A stretch of DNA of 64,000 bases from an uncultured Verrucomicrobiae bacterium (lineage in GTDB: Bacteria; Verrucomicrobiota; Verrucomicrobiia; Chthoniobacterales; JAFAMB01). Below are positions 11,300-20,999 of the stretch, one piece after another. The first letter of the stretch is position 1, and every line of letters begins with the position of its first letter. The translations under genes were made by a program, and so were the position numbers. The DNA is taken from contig CAWEXO010000014.1 in NCBI GenBank assembly GCA_963813025.1, positions 128,001 to 192,000 of the forward strand. Direction: 5' to 3'. The notes under the pieces are model-generated. The model was given only the letters and a program-made list of their open reading frames with translations. It did not search any database and had not been told where the DNA came from.

Positions 11300-11315
11300 G
11301 CGTCTTTCCGGCGGA

Positions 11316-12158
11316 ATGCGTGTGATCAGGAAACCAGCGGCAATCCGGCTGCTGACCGCCTCCTTGCCGAGGCCAAGGGTGCTGGTGCCCACGATGGGAG
11401 CTTTGCACGAAGGCCACTTGCAACTGATCGATCGCGCCCGAAAAGCCGCCGGCCGGCATGGCCGGGTAATTGCGACCATCTTCGTCAATCCCACCCAGTT
11501 CGGGCCGCAGGAGGACTACCAGAACTACCCACGCTCATTCCGCGAAGATAGCGCGCAGCTGCGCGCGCGCGGCTGTGATGTCCTTTTCGCGCCTGCGGCG
11601 AAAGAAATGTACCTGCCGGATATTTCAGTAACAATCAATGAGAGCCGCCTCTCGTGGGTCATGTGCGGACCTTCGCGCCCAGGCCATTTCTCCGGAGTGT
11701 GCACCGTGGTTGCCAAGCTCTTTCATTTAACCTCGCCAGATGTAGCTATCTTCGGACAAAAAGATTTTCAGCAGTTTATTATCCTGCAACGGATGGTGCG
11801 GGATCTTGATTTCAATGTCCGCTTGATTGCGCATCCGATCGTGCGCGAGGCTGACGGTCTGGCTTTGAGTTCACGGAACGCCTACCTCTCAGCGTCTGAG
11901 CGGGCGCAGGCGCCAATCATTTACCGCGCGTTGCGGGAGGCGGCTGGCAAAGTGGAACGGGGATTTCGCGGTGTGAGTCGGCTGGAAAACTTCATCCGCG
12001 ATCGGATCCAGAGCGTTTCAGCGGCTAAAATTGACTACATCGCAGTGGCGGATCCGGAGACTCTGGAAAGGAAGTCCGCGCTAACGCCGCCGACGCTGCT
12101 GGCAGCGGCCGTCTATTTCGGATCGACCCGTCTGATTGATAACGTGCTCCTGCCATAG
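11316..12158 (+). CDS. panC: Pantoate-beta-alanine ligase
   Basis: VPTMGALHEGH, IFVNPTQF, SRPGHFSGV, FGQKDFQQ, READGLALSSRN, RLIDN. Confidence 0.95.
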   Translation: MRVIRKPAAIRLLTASLPRPRVLVPTMGALHEGHLQLIDRARKAAGRHGRVIATIFVNPTQFGPQEDYQNYPRSFREDSAQLRARGCDVLFAPAAKEMYLPDISVTINESRLSWVMCGPSRPGHFSGVCTVVAKLFHLTSPDVAIFGQKDFQQFIILQRMVRDLDFNVRLIAHPIVREADGLALSSRNAYLSASERAQAPIIYRALREAAGKVERGFRGVSRLENFIRDRIQSVSAAKIDYIAVADPETLERKSALTPPTLLAAAVYFGSTRLIDNVLLP

Positions 12159-12276
12159 GCACACTCTGGTCGAGAGTTCTTTGAACACTGGCAGCTGATG
12201 TGGAGAAATGAAAAATCTGTGGTTTTTATCTTTAAGAGACGTTCCTTGGCCGCCCTGAGAGGCGCGGCCGCGTTCG

Positions 12277-13875
12277 ATGAATCGTTTTGATTTTATCATT
12301 GTTGGCAGCGGGGTAGCCGGCCTCAGCCTGGCCTTAAGACTTGCGGAGCAGGGGAGCGTCGCGGTCATCACGAAGCGCACCCCGGCCGACTCGAGTACCG
12401 CTTGGGCCCAGGGTGGGGTGGCTTGCGTGACGAGCGCCGAAGATTCATTTGAGCTTCATATCCAGGATACGTTAATCGCCGGTGCCGGACTCTGTGACGA
12501 GGAAGCTGTCCGGACGATCGTGACTGAAGGACCGGCCGCCGTGCGCGATCTTGTCGCGATCGGGGTTCACTTTGATGAGCGCGTTTTGGAAGATGGTCAG
12601 CGGGAGCTGGATCTAGGTAAAGAGGGCGGTCATTCCAAACGTCGAGTGCTTCATTATCATGATTCAACCGGACGGGAGATTGAACAGCGTCTGTTGGACG
12701 CCGTCGCGAAGCATACGCAGGTCCAGGTGCTCGGAAATCATATGGCGGTCGACCTTATCACCACCGGCAAACTTGGTTACGCTACCGAAAACCGCGCGGT
12801 GGGACTCTATGTCCTCGACGAGGCTGGCGGTAAAGTAAAAGCGCTACGTTCAGATCGGGTAATCCTGGCTACCGGCGGCTGCGGCAAAGTCTATCTTTAC
12901 ACTACGAATCCGGTGGTGGCCACGGGCGACGGTGTAGCCATGGCTTGGCGAGCAGGTGCCACGATCGCCAATATGGAGTTTATCCAGTTCCACCCTACCT
13001 GTCTGTTTCATCCGGAAGAACGAACATTTTTGATCAGCGAGGCGGTGCGCGGTGAAGGCGGAAAGCTTGTCGATCCTCAAGGGCGTGAGTTCATGGCCAG
13101 GTATGATCAACGGGGGGCGTTGGCGCCCCGGGATATTGTGGCCCGCGCGATCGATGCGGAAATGAAGCGGACCGGGGCCCAATGCATGTTTATCGATATT
13201 AGCCATCGGCCGCCTGGATTTATCAAGAAACGTTTCCCGAATATCTATGAAACGTGTCTCGGCTTGGGCATCGATATCACGACCCAACCTATCCCGGTCG
13301 TGCCCGCAGCCCATTACCAGTGTGGGGGCATAAAGACCGATCTGGATGGCGCTAGTACTTTGCGTGGTCTGTTTGCGATCGGCGAAGTCGCCTGCACCGG
13401 TCTGCATGGCGCCAATCGCCTGGCCAGCAATTCCCTTTTAGAAGGAGTGGTCTTGGCGCGGCGCTGCGCGAGCGCCCTCCAGCGACCGAAGTACTCCCGT
13501 TATCATCAGGATGTCGAACTTCCCGAATGGCGACCCGGTCACGCTCAGGATGTTGATGAACTGGTTGTCATCTATCACAACTGGGACGAAATCCGTCGTC
13601 TGATGTGGGATTACGTTGGAATTGTCCGAACCAGTAAACGCCTGCAACGCGCCAGCGCGCGTTTGCGCAATCTCCATCGCGAAATTCAAGAGTTCTACTG
13701 GGATTTTAAAATCTCAACCGACCTTCTTGAATTGCGGAACCTGTGCACGACGGCCAGCTTGATCGTCGATAGCGCGCTCGTGCGCAAAGAAAGCCGCGGG
13801 TTACACTGCACGCTCGATTTTCCGGCTGCAGACGATAAGCGTTTTTTAAAAGAAACATTACTCGCGCGCTATTGA
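12277..13875 (+). CDS. nadB: L-aspartate oxidase
   Basis: WAQGGVA, EGGHSKRR, QFHPT, LISEAVRGEG, PAAHYQCGG, GLHGANRLASNSLLE, ESRGLH. Confidence 0.95.
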   Translation: MNRFDFIIVGSGVAGLSLALRLAEQGSVAVITKRTPADSSTAWAQGGVACVTSAEDSFELHIQDTLIAGAGLCDEEAVRTIVTEGPAAVRDLVAIGVHFDERVLEDGQRELDLGKEGGHSKRRVLHYHDSTGREIEQRLLDAVAKHTQVQVLGNHMAVDLITTGKLGYATENRAVGLYVLDEAGGKVKALRSDRVILATGGCGKVYLYTTNPVVATGDGVAMAWRAGATIANMEFIQFHPTCLFHPEERTFLISEAVRGEGGKLVDPQGREFMARYDQRGALAPRDIVARAIDAEMKRTGAQCMFIDISHRPPGFIKKRFPNIYETCLGLGIDITTQPIPVVPAAHYQCGGIKTDLDGASTLRGLFAIGEVACTGLHGANRLASNSLLEGVVLARRCASALQRPKYSRYHQDVELPEWRPGHAQDVDELVVIYHNWDEIRRLMWDYVGIVRTSKRLQRASARLRNLHREIQEFYWDFKISTDLLELRNLCTTASLIVDSALVRKESRGLHCTLDFPAADDKRFLKETLLARY

Positions 13876-13977
13876 GATTCTTTTTGGCCACTCAACGCGT
13901 TGGAGTACCAGACACGGAATCGATATGAAAGCAAGAATCGGAGTTCTTATCGATCCTCGATAAGCCAGGTTGGCGGC

Positions 13978-14755
13978 ATGACAAACACAAACGTTGAACG
14001 AAAGCTGCCTTTTACAGACCACGTTGCACTCATCACGGGCGGAACAACCGGGATCGGGCTGGCGACTGCCGCGGCATTTCTTCGCGAAGGCGCGCAGGTT
14101 GCAATACCGGAGTTAATCCGTCGACGCTGGCGGAGGCTCAGCGCTCCTCGGTGATGGCGCCCTCGTCATTGCGGCTGACGCAAGCCGAATCGAGGATACC
14201 AAGACCATGGTCGCAGCCGTTCATCATCGTTTCGGCCGGATCGACTCGCTCTTCGTCAACGCGGGAATCGGGATCTTTGCTGGGTTCGATACCTTCCAAG
14301 AGTCGCTCTATGATCGGGTGATGGGCGTTAATTTGAAGGGTGGCTTTTTCACGATTCAACGCGCGTTGCCATTGTTCGATCGCGGCGGTGCCATCATCCT
14401 GAACACATCAGTCAGTGCCCATGTCGGAATGGCAAACTCATCGTTTTATGCCGCTTCGAAAGCAGGCTTGATCAGCCTCGCCCGGACTTTGCTTCCAGAT
14501 CTGCTCCCGCGCGGCATTCGCATCAATGCCTTGAGTCCCGGCCCGGTGGAGACGCCGATATATGGAAAGCTGCCGGTTTCCACGGAACAGATCACAGGCA
14601 TTATCGATGCAAATCGCGCAATGGTCCCGCTTCGGCGATTCGGGAAGCCGGAGGAGATCGCCGAAGCCGTCCTTTTCCTCGCGTCAGCATCCTCCTCATT
14701 CATCGTAGGCGCCGAAATCATCGCTGACGGCGGCTTTATGACTCGCGCTGCGTAA
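13978..14755 (+). pseudogene. Short-chain dehydrogenase/reductase with about two frameshifts at 14105-14150 (pseudogene or assembly error)
   Basis: ALITGGTTGIG in ORF 13900-14154; NAGI, YAASK and INALSPGP in ORF 14207-14755. Confidence 0.75.
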
Positions 14756-14827
14756 GTCTCCGTCTCAGCTAAAGCGGCGGCAACGCCAGAGCTTGTCTGG
14801 CAATTTCCCAAATCCGTCGTGCGAAAA

Positions 14828-14910
14828 TTCAGAGATTGTCTCGCAACACGCAAAGGTCGGTAGGGTCAAGCTCCCGCTTGACCTCCTTTGTGTTGGATCA
14901 CGCCTCGGCT
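14828..14910 (+). repeat. REP/MITE-like family A copy
   Basis: GAGATTGTCTCGCAA...AAAGGTCGGTAGGGTCAAGCTCCCGCTTGACC...TTGGATCAC. Confidence 0.85.
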
Positions 14911-15218
14911 GGCGCTTCTCCACCAAGGCGGGATCGTCCTGTCGGAACAGAGCTAAAGACGCCCTCGCGGTACCAACTCGTCACCTGATGATTCTTTTAA
15001 AGGCGAACCGCCTCCCGAGCGCATCGAAACATTAATCGGTAAGGTTCTATCCGACGACTCATTGCTCGCCAACGCGGCAAGACGTTCGAAACCCATTTCA
15101 TTTCTTACAATGTTGAAATTTTTGCAGGAATTCGACGAAAATTCGTCGATTCAGCTTTAGAAGAGGAAAAATCGCTTGCTCTCTTCGCGCAAATCCGCAT
15201 AAAAGAGCGAAACTTCTC

Positions 15219-16118
15219 ATGCGGCTGCCTTTTATCTGTTCGTTTTTATCGCTGGTGTGTTGCCATGGGATTGCTTTCGCTCAAGCCCAGTACGAGAGCA
15301 GCACTGATTTCGCCAAGTATGCCATGAAGCTGCGAGAGGACGCGCTTCTGAAAGTAGAGCCCAAGGTAATCATGTCACCGACCAAGACGACCTTCTCTGG
15401 TTCGGGTCAGCGTTATGAGACTGGTCCTTCCCTCATGGGTCGCGGTGAATACAACATCGGTTCGGGACGTTATCCATGGAAATTGAATATCGTGACAACG
15501 ATTTTCTGGATTGGCGAACGTCCCAGGGGCAACAATCCCGTTCCGAATGATCGCAGCTCTTGGGACAAGTACTGGAGTTCCAGCTACGGTGGTTATGATA
15601 ATCCGGATGCCGCCGCCCGACGCAACTATATTCCGGTAAACTTCGTTCCTCGTCAGAACCCTTTCTACGTCGCTTTACCTTACAACGACGTCGAGGGGGG
15701 GCACACTAAGCCTGAAGCCGCCCAGGTCGTTCCCTGGTTCAGGACCGCCTTCACCCACGATGGACAGACCGTGCTGAAAGGTCATTGGATCGCGATTCGT
15801 CACGGCAATCGGGTTGCTTTTGCCCAGTGGGAAGATTGCGGACCTTTCCGCACCGATCACTGGCAGTATGTGTTCGGAAGCGAGCGTCCACGCCCCAACC
15901 TGAACCAAGGCGCTGGCCTCGACGTATCGCCCGCAGTGCGTGATTATCTTGGGCTCGGAAACAAAGACCTCTGCGACTGGCGGTTTGTCGACTTTCGACA
16001 AGTACCGCCTGGGCCGTGGGCCCTCTATGGCGACAACAATACCTTTGTGTTGCTTCGGCGCCAAAGTAACGAGCGCTTCGCCCGGCGAAGCTTTGTCCGG
16101 CCCGACGGTACCGAATAA
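15219..16118 (+). CDS. Exported hypothetical protein, possible RlpA-like double-psi beta-barrel
   Basis: Signal peptide; QWEDCGPF and GLDVSPAV resemble the D-GP and DLS-A motifs of DPBB proteins. Confidence 0.6.
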   Translation: MRLPFICSFLSLVCCHGIAFAQAQYESSTDFAKYAMKLREDALLKVEPKVIMSPTKTTFSGSGQRYETGPSLMGRGEYNIGSGRYPWKLNIVTTIFWIGERPRGNNPVPNDRSSWDKYWSSSYGGYDNPDAAARRNYIPVNFVPRQNPFYVALPYNDVEGGHTKPEAAQVVPWFRTAFTHDGQTVLKGHWIAIRHGNRVAFAQWEDCGPFRTDHWQYVFGSERPRPNLNQGAGLDVSPAVRDYLGLGNKDLCDWRFVDFRQVPPGPWALYGDNNTFVLLRRQSNERFARRSFVRPDGTE

Positions 16119-16165
16119 CCTGCGTTGCTCGCAAATCCTGAGGAATTGCGAGCAACGCAGGTTAT
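16115..16165. repeat. Perfect 20-bp inverted repeat filling an intergenic gap
   Basis: ATAACCTGCGTTGCTCGCAA (16115-16134) and TTGCGAGCAACGCAGGTTAT (16146-16165). Confidence 0.85.
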
Positions 16166-16508
16166 GAGGAAACAAAGCATAAAACGTTCTCTCGGAGTCT
16201 TGATCATGGCGATCGCGGCTTCGCCTTTCGGATTCGGTTCCGAACCGTCTCAGGCTGCTCTTCTGAAACAAGCCAAGGTGTCAGAGGCGCAGGCGCGCGG
16301 GATCGCCCTTCAACATGTGCCGGACGGCAGGATCCGCAGCAGCGAACTGGAACGGGAGGGCGGCCGACTGATTTGGTCATTTGACATTGCCCGGCCAAAA
16401 ACAAGAGATATCACCGAAATTCAAGTGGACGCCCGCTCGGGGAAGATGGTGATGCAACAACTCGAAACACCGAAACAGCAAGCTGCCGAAAAAAGAGCCG
16501 AAAAATAA
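16164..16508 (+). CDS. PepSY-domain secreted protein
   Basis: Signal peptide; KVSEAQARGIAL...ELEREGGRLIWSFDI...EIQVDARSGK. Confidence 0.8.
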   Translation: MRKQSIKRSLGVLIMAIAASPFGFGSEPSQAALLKQAKVSEAQARGIALQHVPDGRIRSSELEREGGRLIWSFDIARPKTRDITEIQVDARSGKMVMQQLETPKQQAAEKRAEK

Positions 16509-16515
16509 AAGCAGC

Positions 16516-17187
16516 TTGAGAACCCCGCAGCATTCACGGCAATGGCTGACTGGAGCCCTGCTCGTTGGGCTATGCGTTATTTTCCTCGCGGGTGGCTTCT
16601 TTCTCTATTTGGCCGACGAAGTCGGCGAACAAGGTTGGCTGACCGCGTTGGATCAGCAGATCGCCCAATTTTTTCACGAGCATGGCCCGTTCTGGCTGGT
16701 CCGTCTCTTCGCGGGAATCACGATGCTCGGCGATGCGCGGACACTTGGCTTTCTTGGTGTGGTGGTTGCGCTTTGGCTTGCCCTGCTCCGGCGATGGTCG
16801 TTTCTGCTCGGCTGGACTGCTGCCTTGGTTGGTGCGGGTGAACTCAACACTTTTTTGAAAAGTATCTTTCAAAGAATTCGACCCCAACTTTCGAATCCCT
16901 GGCAAATCGCCCCCGGTTGGAGTTTTCCCAGCGGACACGCAATGGGATCGTTTGTGACCTATGGATTTTTGGCGTATCTCCTTTTTCGGCTCACCCGACT
17001 TCCACCAAAGGTGGCCGCCTCTGCCTTTGCCGTCCTGGTTCCCCTGATCGGATTCAGTCGCATCTACCTCGGCGTGCATTTTCTGAGCGATGTTGTTGCC
17101 GGTTTCGCCGCGGCGACCGTCTGGCTCGGCTTCTGTATTCTGGTGACAGAGCAAACACAGCCAAAGCCGATGACCGATGGCCGATGA
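16516..17187 (+). CDS. PAP2-family membrane phosphatase
   Basis: KSIFQRIRP, SFPSGH, SRIYLGVHFLSDV. Confidence 0.9.
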   Translation: MRTPQHSRQWLTGALLVGLCVIFLAGGFFLYLADEVGEQGWLTALDQQIAQFFHEHGPFWLVRLFAGITMLGDARTLGFLGVVVALWLALLRRWSFLLGWTAALVGAGELNTFLKSIFQRIRPQLSNPWQIAPGWSFPSGHAMGSFVTYGFLAYLLFRLTRLPPKVAASAFAVLVPLIGFSRIYLGVHFLSDVVAGFAAATVWLGFCILVTEQTQPKPMTDGR

Positions 17188-17263
17188 CTGATGACAGATC
17201 ACCGATCGCTGATTACCCTCGACCGCTCAGCCTGCGCAAAGTCGCTCAAGCCGCCCAAACCGC

Positions 17264-18160
17264 TCAATTCCGGCGTTGCCAGCGTGCCAAGGAGGCTTCG
17301 TGCAGGTGGCGCGGATGGAAGACCTTGAGCACCACCCCGTACTTCGGACTGAACAAGTACGCCAGCAGGAAAACCAGCCCAAGAACCAGGACAATACAGG
17401 GTCCGGAAGGCAAGTTCAGCCAATAAGAGATGAGCAACCCGGCACAGGAACCCACTGAGCCGAGAATGCCACCGGCCCAAAACAGTGTGTTGAGGGAGTC
17501 GGACAGGAGGTAAATCGTCGCTGCCGGAGCGATGAGCATCCCTAAGGCCAGGATGACACCGACGGCCTGCAGAGAAGAGATCATCGAAAGAACCAGCAAG
17601 CCCATTAAGAGATACTTCATCGCATTCACGGGAACGCCCTGGCTCGCCGCAACCGAGGGTTCAAATATCGTCAGAAGCAGCGGTCGTTCCAGGGCAACGA
17701 GCGTTGGCAAAACGAGAAGACTGATCAAATAGATCGTCCATAGATCAGTGTCTCCTAGTCCCAGAATATTGCCAAAAAGATAGTCGCTGACGTTCACGCC
17801 CGCCCGAGAAAAGCTGATCAAAACCAAGCCCAGAGAAAAAGAACAGGCAAAAAGCAACCCAAGCGAGGTGTCTTCTTTAATCCGCGAACTGTTGGAGATG
17901 ATTTGTGTTCCAAATGCCACCAAGAGTGCCGCGATGAGTGCTCCCACAAAGAGGGTGCCGGGCATCAATCCAAACAAGAGCAAAGCCACGGCAACGCCGG
18001 GCAAGAGAGAGTGCGCCATGGCGTCCGCCATCAGAGCCAACCGGCGAATGACGATAAATGAGCTGAGGGCTCCATTGGTGAAGCCGATCAAGGCGCAACC
18101 GAAAAAGGCGCGCTGCATAAATTCATGATGAAAGGGCTCAAAGACCCAGGCCAGGTGCAT
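17264..18160 (-). CDS. Zn/Mn ABC transporter permease
   Basis: RRLALMADAMAHSLLPG, DYLFGNIL, LQAVGVIL, IAPAAT. Confidence 0.9.
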   Translation of the reverse strand: MHLAWVFEPFHHEFMQRAFFGCALIGFTNGALSSFIVIRRLALMADAMAHSLLPGVAVALLLFGLMPGTLFVGALIAALLVAFGTQIISNSSRIKEDTSLGLLFACSFSLGLVLISFSRAGVNVSDYLFGNILGLGDTDLWTIYLISLLVLPTLVALERPLLLTIFEPSVAASQGVPVNAMKYLLMGLLVLSMISSLQAVGVILALGMLIAPAATIYLLSDSLNTLFWAGGILGSVGSCAGLLISYWLNLPSGPCIVLVLGLVFLLAYLFSPKYGVVLKVFHPRHLHEASLARWQRRN

Positions 18161-18890
18161 GCAGCGCTCCCGAAAAGATGTGAGTTTGAAAGGTTTTCTG
18201 GACATTTTCCGGTGTGAAGACCTCGTCGGTCTCGCCAAAGCCAACCAGCTCTCCGTTGAGAAAAATGAGCTGGTCAAACAACTCTCGAACCGTGCTCAAA
18301 TCGTGATGAGAAACGACGAGTAGATTACCGGCTCTGGCTAAGCGCCGGATCGTATTTCCCAGATGATCCTGCGTCGGCTTGTCCAGGCCGGAAAATGGCT
18401 CATCGAGCAAGAAGATGTGCGCTTCCTGGGCGAGCGCGCGAGCCAGAAACGCCCGTTGTTGCTGTCCGCCGGAGAGAGCGCTTATCTGGCGATCGGCCAG
18501 ACTCTCCAATTCCATGGTTTCAAGAGCGCGCGTGACCGCCAACCGATCGGAAGTCCTGAACGATCGCCACCAGCCTAATGCTTGATACCGTCCCATCTCA
18601 ACCAGGCCGCGGACCGTAATCGGAAAATCCCAGTCCACCATCGTGCGCTGCGGCAAATAGGCGATGGCGGAATTCGCGAGCTTGCGGTCCTGTCCATGAA
18701 AACGTGCGAATCCGGTTTCCAACGGAACGAGCCCGACCAACGCTTTGAAAAGCGAGGTTTTGCCGGCCCCATTCGGGCCGAGCAAGCCGACACAGGAACC
18801 ACAGTGCAGGACCAGATTCACATGATGGACAGCCGGCACTCGATGATAGGAAACCGTTAAATCATGGATTTCGAGTCTGTGGTCAGACAT
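18138..18890 (-). CDS. Zn/Mn ABC transporter ATPase
   Basis: GPNGAGKT, YLPQR, LSGGQQQR, LLDEP, SHHDL. Confidence 0.92.
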   Translation of the reverse strand: MSDHRLEIHDLTVSYHRVPAVHHVNLVLHCGSCVGLLGPNGAGKTSLFKALVGLVPLETGFARFHGQDRKLANSAIAYLPQRTMVDWDFPITVRGLVEMGRYQALGWWRSFRTSDRLAVTRALETMELESLADRQISALSGGQQQRAFLARALAQEAHIFLLDEPFSGLDKPTQDHLGNTIRRLARAGNLLVVSHHDLSTVRELFDQLIFLNGELVGFGETDEVFTPENVQKTFQTHIFSGALHAPGLGL

Positions 18891-18904
18891 GGGTTGTCGC
18901 AAAT

Positions 18905-19330
18905 CTACTTTTCCGGGGTAAATGTGAGTACGTCGCTCGCGTTCGTTGTTCCCCAGATCGTCTTCACGATGGAATCGGCATTCTTCGGAGTGAGCGCAAG
19001 CCGCACGGCCGTTTCCTTTTTTTCGGTCCACGAAACGTCGAGCACCAAGTCTATCCCTTCCGGTGGAAATCGCAGGTCGATGTCCGTAGCAACGCTTGGC
19101 GAACTCGATTCACCGTTCCAGATCGGTCGACCGTCATGGGTAACTTGAAATTTGAAAGGGACCGTCGTTGAGGTGAGCTCTAAATGAAGCTTCTCTTTGG
19201 CCGTTGTCGTTTCCGGTGGCCGTGCCGATACCGTTGCCACCCGGTGGTGGGTTAGGCTTCGTAGCGGTAAAAGCAGCGCGAGTAAAGCCAACACAGTCGC
19301 GATCGCGCGAACGAGCGGTGAGCCTCTCAT
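18905..19330 (-). CDS. Hypothetical protein with N-terminal membrane anchor, inside the metal-ABC operon
   Basis: Fills the gap between the SBP and ATPase genes with tight spacing; hydrophobic N-terminus. Confidence 0.65.
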   Translation of the reverse strand: MRGSPLVRAIATVLALLALLLPLRSLTHHRVATVSARPPETTTAKEKLHLELTSTTVPFKFQVTHDGRPIWNGESSSPSVATDIDLRFPPEGIDLVLDVSWTEKKETAVRLALTPKNADSIVKTIWGTTNASDVLTFTPEK

Positions 19331-19332
19331 TA

Positions 19333-20244
19333 TTACTTCAACGAGTTGACCAGCGTGGTGATGTTATGCCTGACCATTCCTTCGTAAGTGCTTCCATCAC
19401 CGTCTCCCAGACCGTCAGCGTAAAGAGTTCCGCCGATCTTTGCGCCCGTTTCTCTGGTGATCTCTCGAGTGACTTTGGGGTTCAAGGTGTTCTCGACAAA
19501 AATCGCTTTGACCCGCTGCTGTTTTATTTGGTCGATAAGCTCGGCGACATGTCGATCCGACGGCTCGGTTTCAGTGCTGACGCCTTCGATGGCGTAGACT
19601 TTAAAGCCGTAGTCTTTGGAAAAATATTGGAAGGCGTCATGTGAGGTAACCAGCTTGCGCCCGTCGCGTGGCAACTCCGCCACTTTCCGCTTCGCCCATT
19701 GATCGAGTGTTTCCAGTTTCGTTCTATAGGAATTTGCATTCCGTTCGTAATCCGCCCGGCTGCCCGGATCGAGCTTGATCAGTTGATCGCGGACGATCGC
19801 AGTGGCCTTTTCGACGTTCGAGACGCTGTTCCACCAATGAGGATCGTCAATCATGCCGTTGCGATCCGCTGCCGTTTTGGCTTCGGGCTCATCCGGATCA
19901 GCTTTCATTTTCAAATTTGGCAGGGCATCGCCCACGGACAGGGACGCCGCCTTTCCTCCGGTCGCCTGCTGAACCTTGTCCAAATAATGTTCTAAATGTT
20001 TGCCCGAGAGCAGAATCAGTTGCGCGGAGCCGGCTTGTTTAAGGTCATCCGGGGTGGGCTGATACTCGTGCGGGTCTTGTCCGGGTTTGACCAACCCGGT
20101 CACAGCGACGTGCTGACCGCCAACCTGCTGGCCGATTTCGGTCAGCACAGTAGAGAACGAAGCGATCTTCAGCGGCTCTGCTCCTTGGGCGGAGAGGGCA
20201 CAGATGGATCCGCCGAATAGAAAAAGGAGAAAAGCTTTTGTCAT
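19333..20244 (-). CDS. Zn/Mn ABC substrate-binding protein (ZnuA/MntA/TroA cluster)
   Basis: DPHEYQP, DPHWW, TSHDAFQYF, LYADGL. Confidence 0.92.
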   Translation of the reverse strand: MTKAFLLFLFGGSICALSAQGAEPLKIASFSTVLTEIGQQVGGQHVAVTGLVKPGQDPHEYQPTPDDLKQAGSAQLILLSGKHLEHYLDKVQQATGGKAASLSVGDALPNLKMKADPDEPEAKTAADRNGMIDDPHWWNSVSNVEKATAIVRDQLIKLDPGSRADYERNANSYRTKLETLDQWAKRKVAELPRDGRKLVTSHDAFQYFSKDYGFKVYAIEGVSTETEPSDRHVAELIDQIKQQRVKAIFVENTLNPKVTREITRETGAKIGGTLYADGLGDGDGSTYEGMVRHNITTLVNSLK

Positions 20245-20268
20245 ATTGCTCTTTGATCATTCGCTTGC

Positions 20269-20283
20269 TGCAATGTATTTGCA
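20269..20283. promoter_or_regulatory. Candidate Zur/Fur-type operator
   Basis: Palindrome TGCAA-TGTAT-TTGCA about 25 bp upstream of the metal SBP start. Confidence 0.5.
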
Positions 20284-20376
20284 ATAGCAATATGTCTCTC
20301 GATAACTCCATCGGTCCTGCGTCTCAAAAGAGCAGCAGAACTTTCCAGCGTAACTGGAGAATTCTGCTGCCACAGG

Positions 20377-20925
20377 CTAGCGAGCTCGCAAGAGGAACAA
20401 CCCTGATCCAAAAAACCAGAGCCCGATCGCAGCGAAGCAAAGGCCGACATACCAGAGCTGGGGGCGTTTGCTTAAAACCGAAATAGCGGCAATCGCGATA
20501 GCGATTTGAAACATCGTCACACTCCTGGCGAATCCGGAATGTACGGCGAGTCGGTGTCTGGCGCTTGTTTGCTTCTCTTCCGCGAGTCGCCTGATTTCCT
20601 CTTGTTCCTTGGTATACTGGTTTACTTTTTCCCGGTCAGCTGTTTCAATGGGATGTCCGAGCGCCTCCAACAACTCAATCTTAGATGCCAGGATGTTGGC
20701 CTTAACGCCTTTAGCTTGGTAATAACTCCATTGATCTGAGGCTTGGACCTGATCGATCACCGCCTCATTAGCTTCATGTCCGGCCAGGAGGGATCCGACC
20801 GCCGCAATCGCCGCGATGAAAGCGGAACTCAGGGCAACGCCGAGCACCCAGCGCTCGCGGCTGTGCTCTGCGTGATGATGCAGATCTTCATGCGTTTTCT
20901 CGAGCGGGACTTCCGGATCCTCCAT
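20377..20925 (-). CDS. DUF4337-like membrane protein
   Basis: ASDQWSYYQAKGVK motif; transmembrane helices at both ends. Confidence 0.75.
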   Translation of the reverse strand: MEDPEVPLEKTHEDLHHHAEHSRERWVLGVALSSAFIAAIAAVGSLLAGHEANEAVIDQVQASDQWSYYQAKGVKANILASKIELLEALGHPIETADREKVNQYTKEQEEIRRLAEEKQTSARHRLAVHSGFARSVTMFQIAIAIAAISVLSKRPQLWYVGLCFAAIGLWFFGSGLFLLRAR

Positions 20926-20999
20926 AGCTCTTTTGATGTTCGTCTTACTTAAACGATCCAGGCGGCCGAAGAACAGCGGTTTTCGACGAACCTGCCTGG

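Noticed and set aside
17170..17216. Heptamer-like repeats (CCGATGA-type) between convergent genes
   Set aside because: Degenerate and short, with no function supportable from the sequence.
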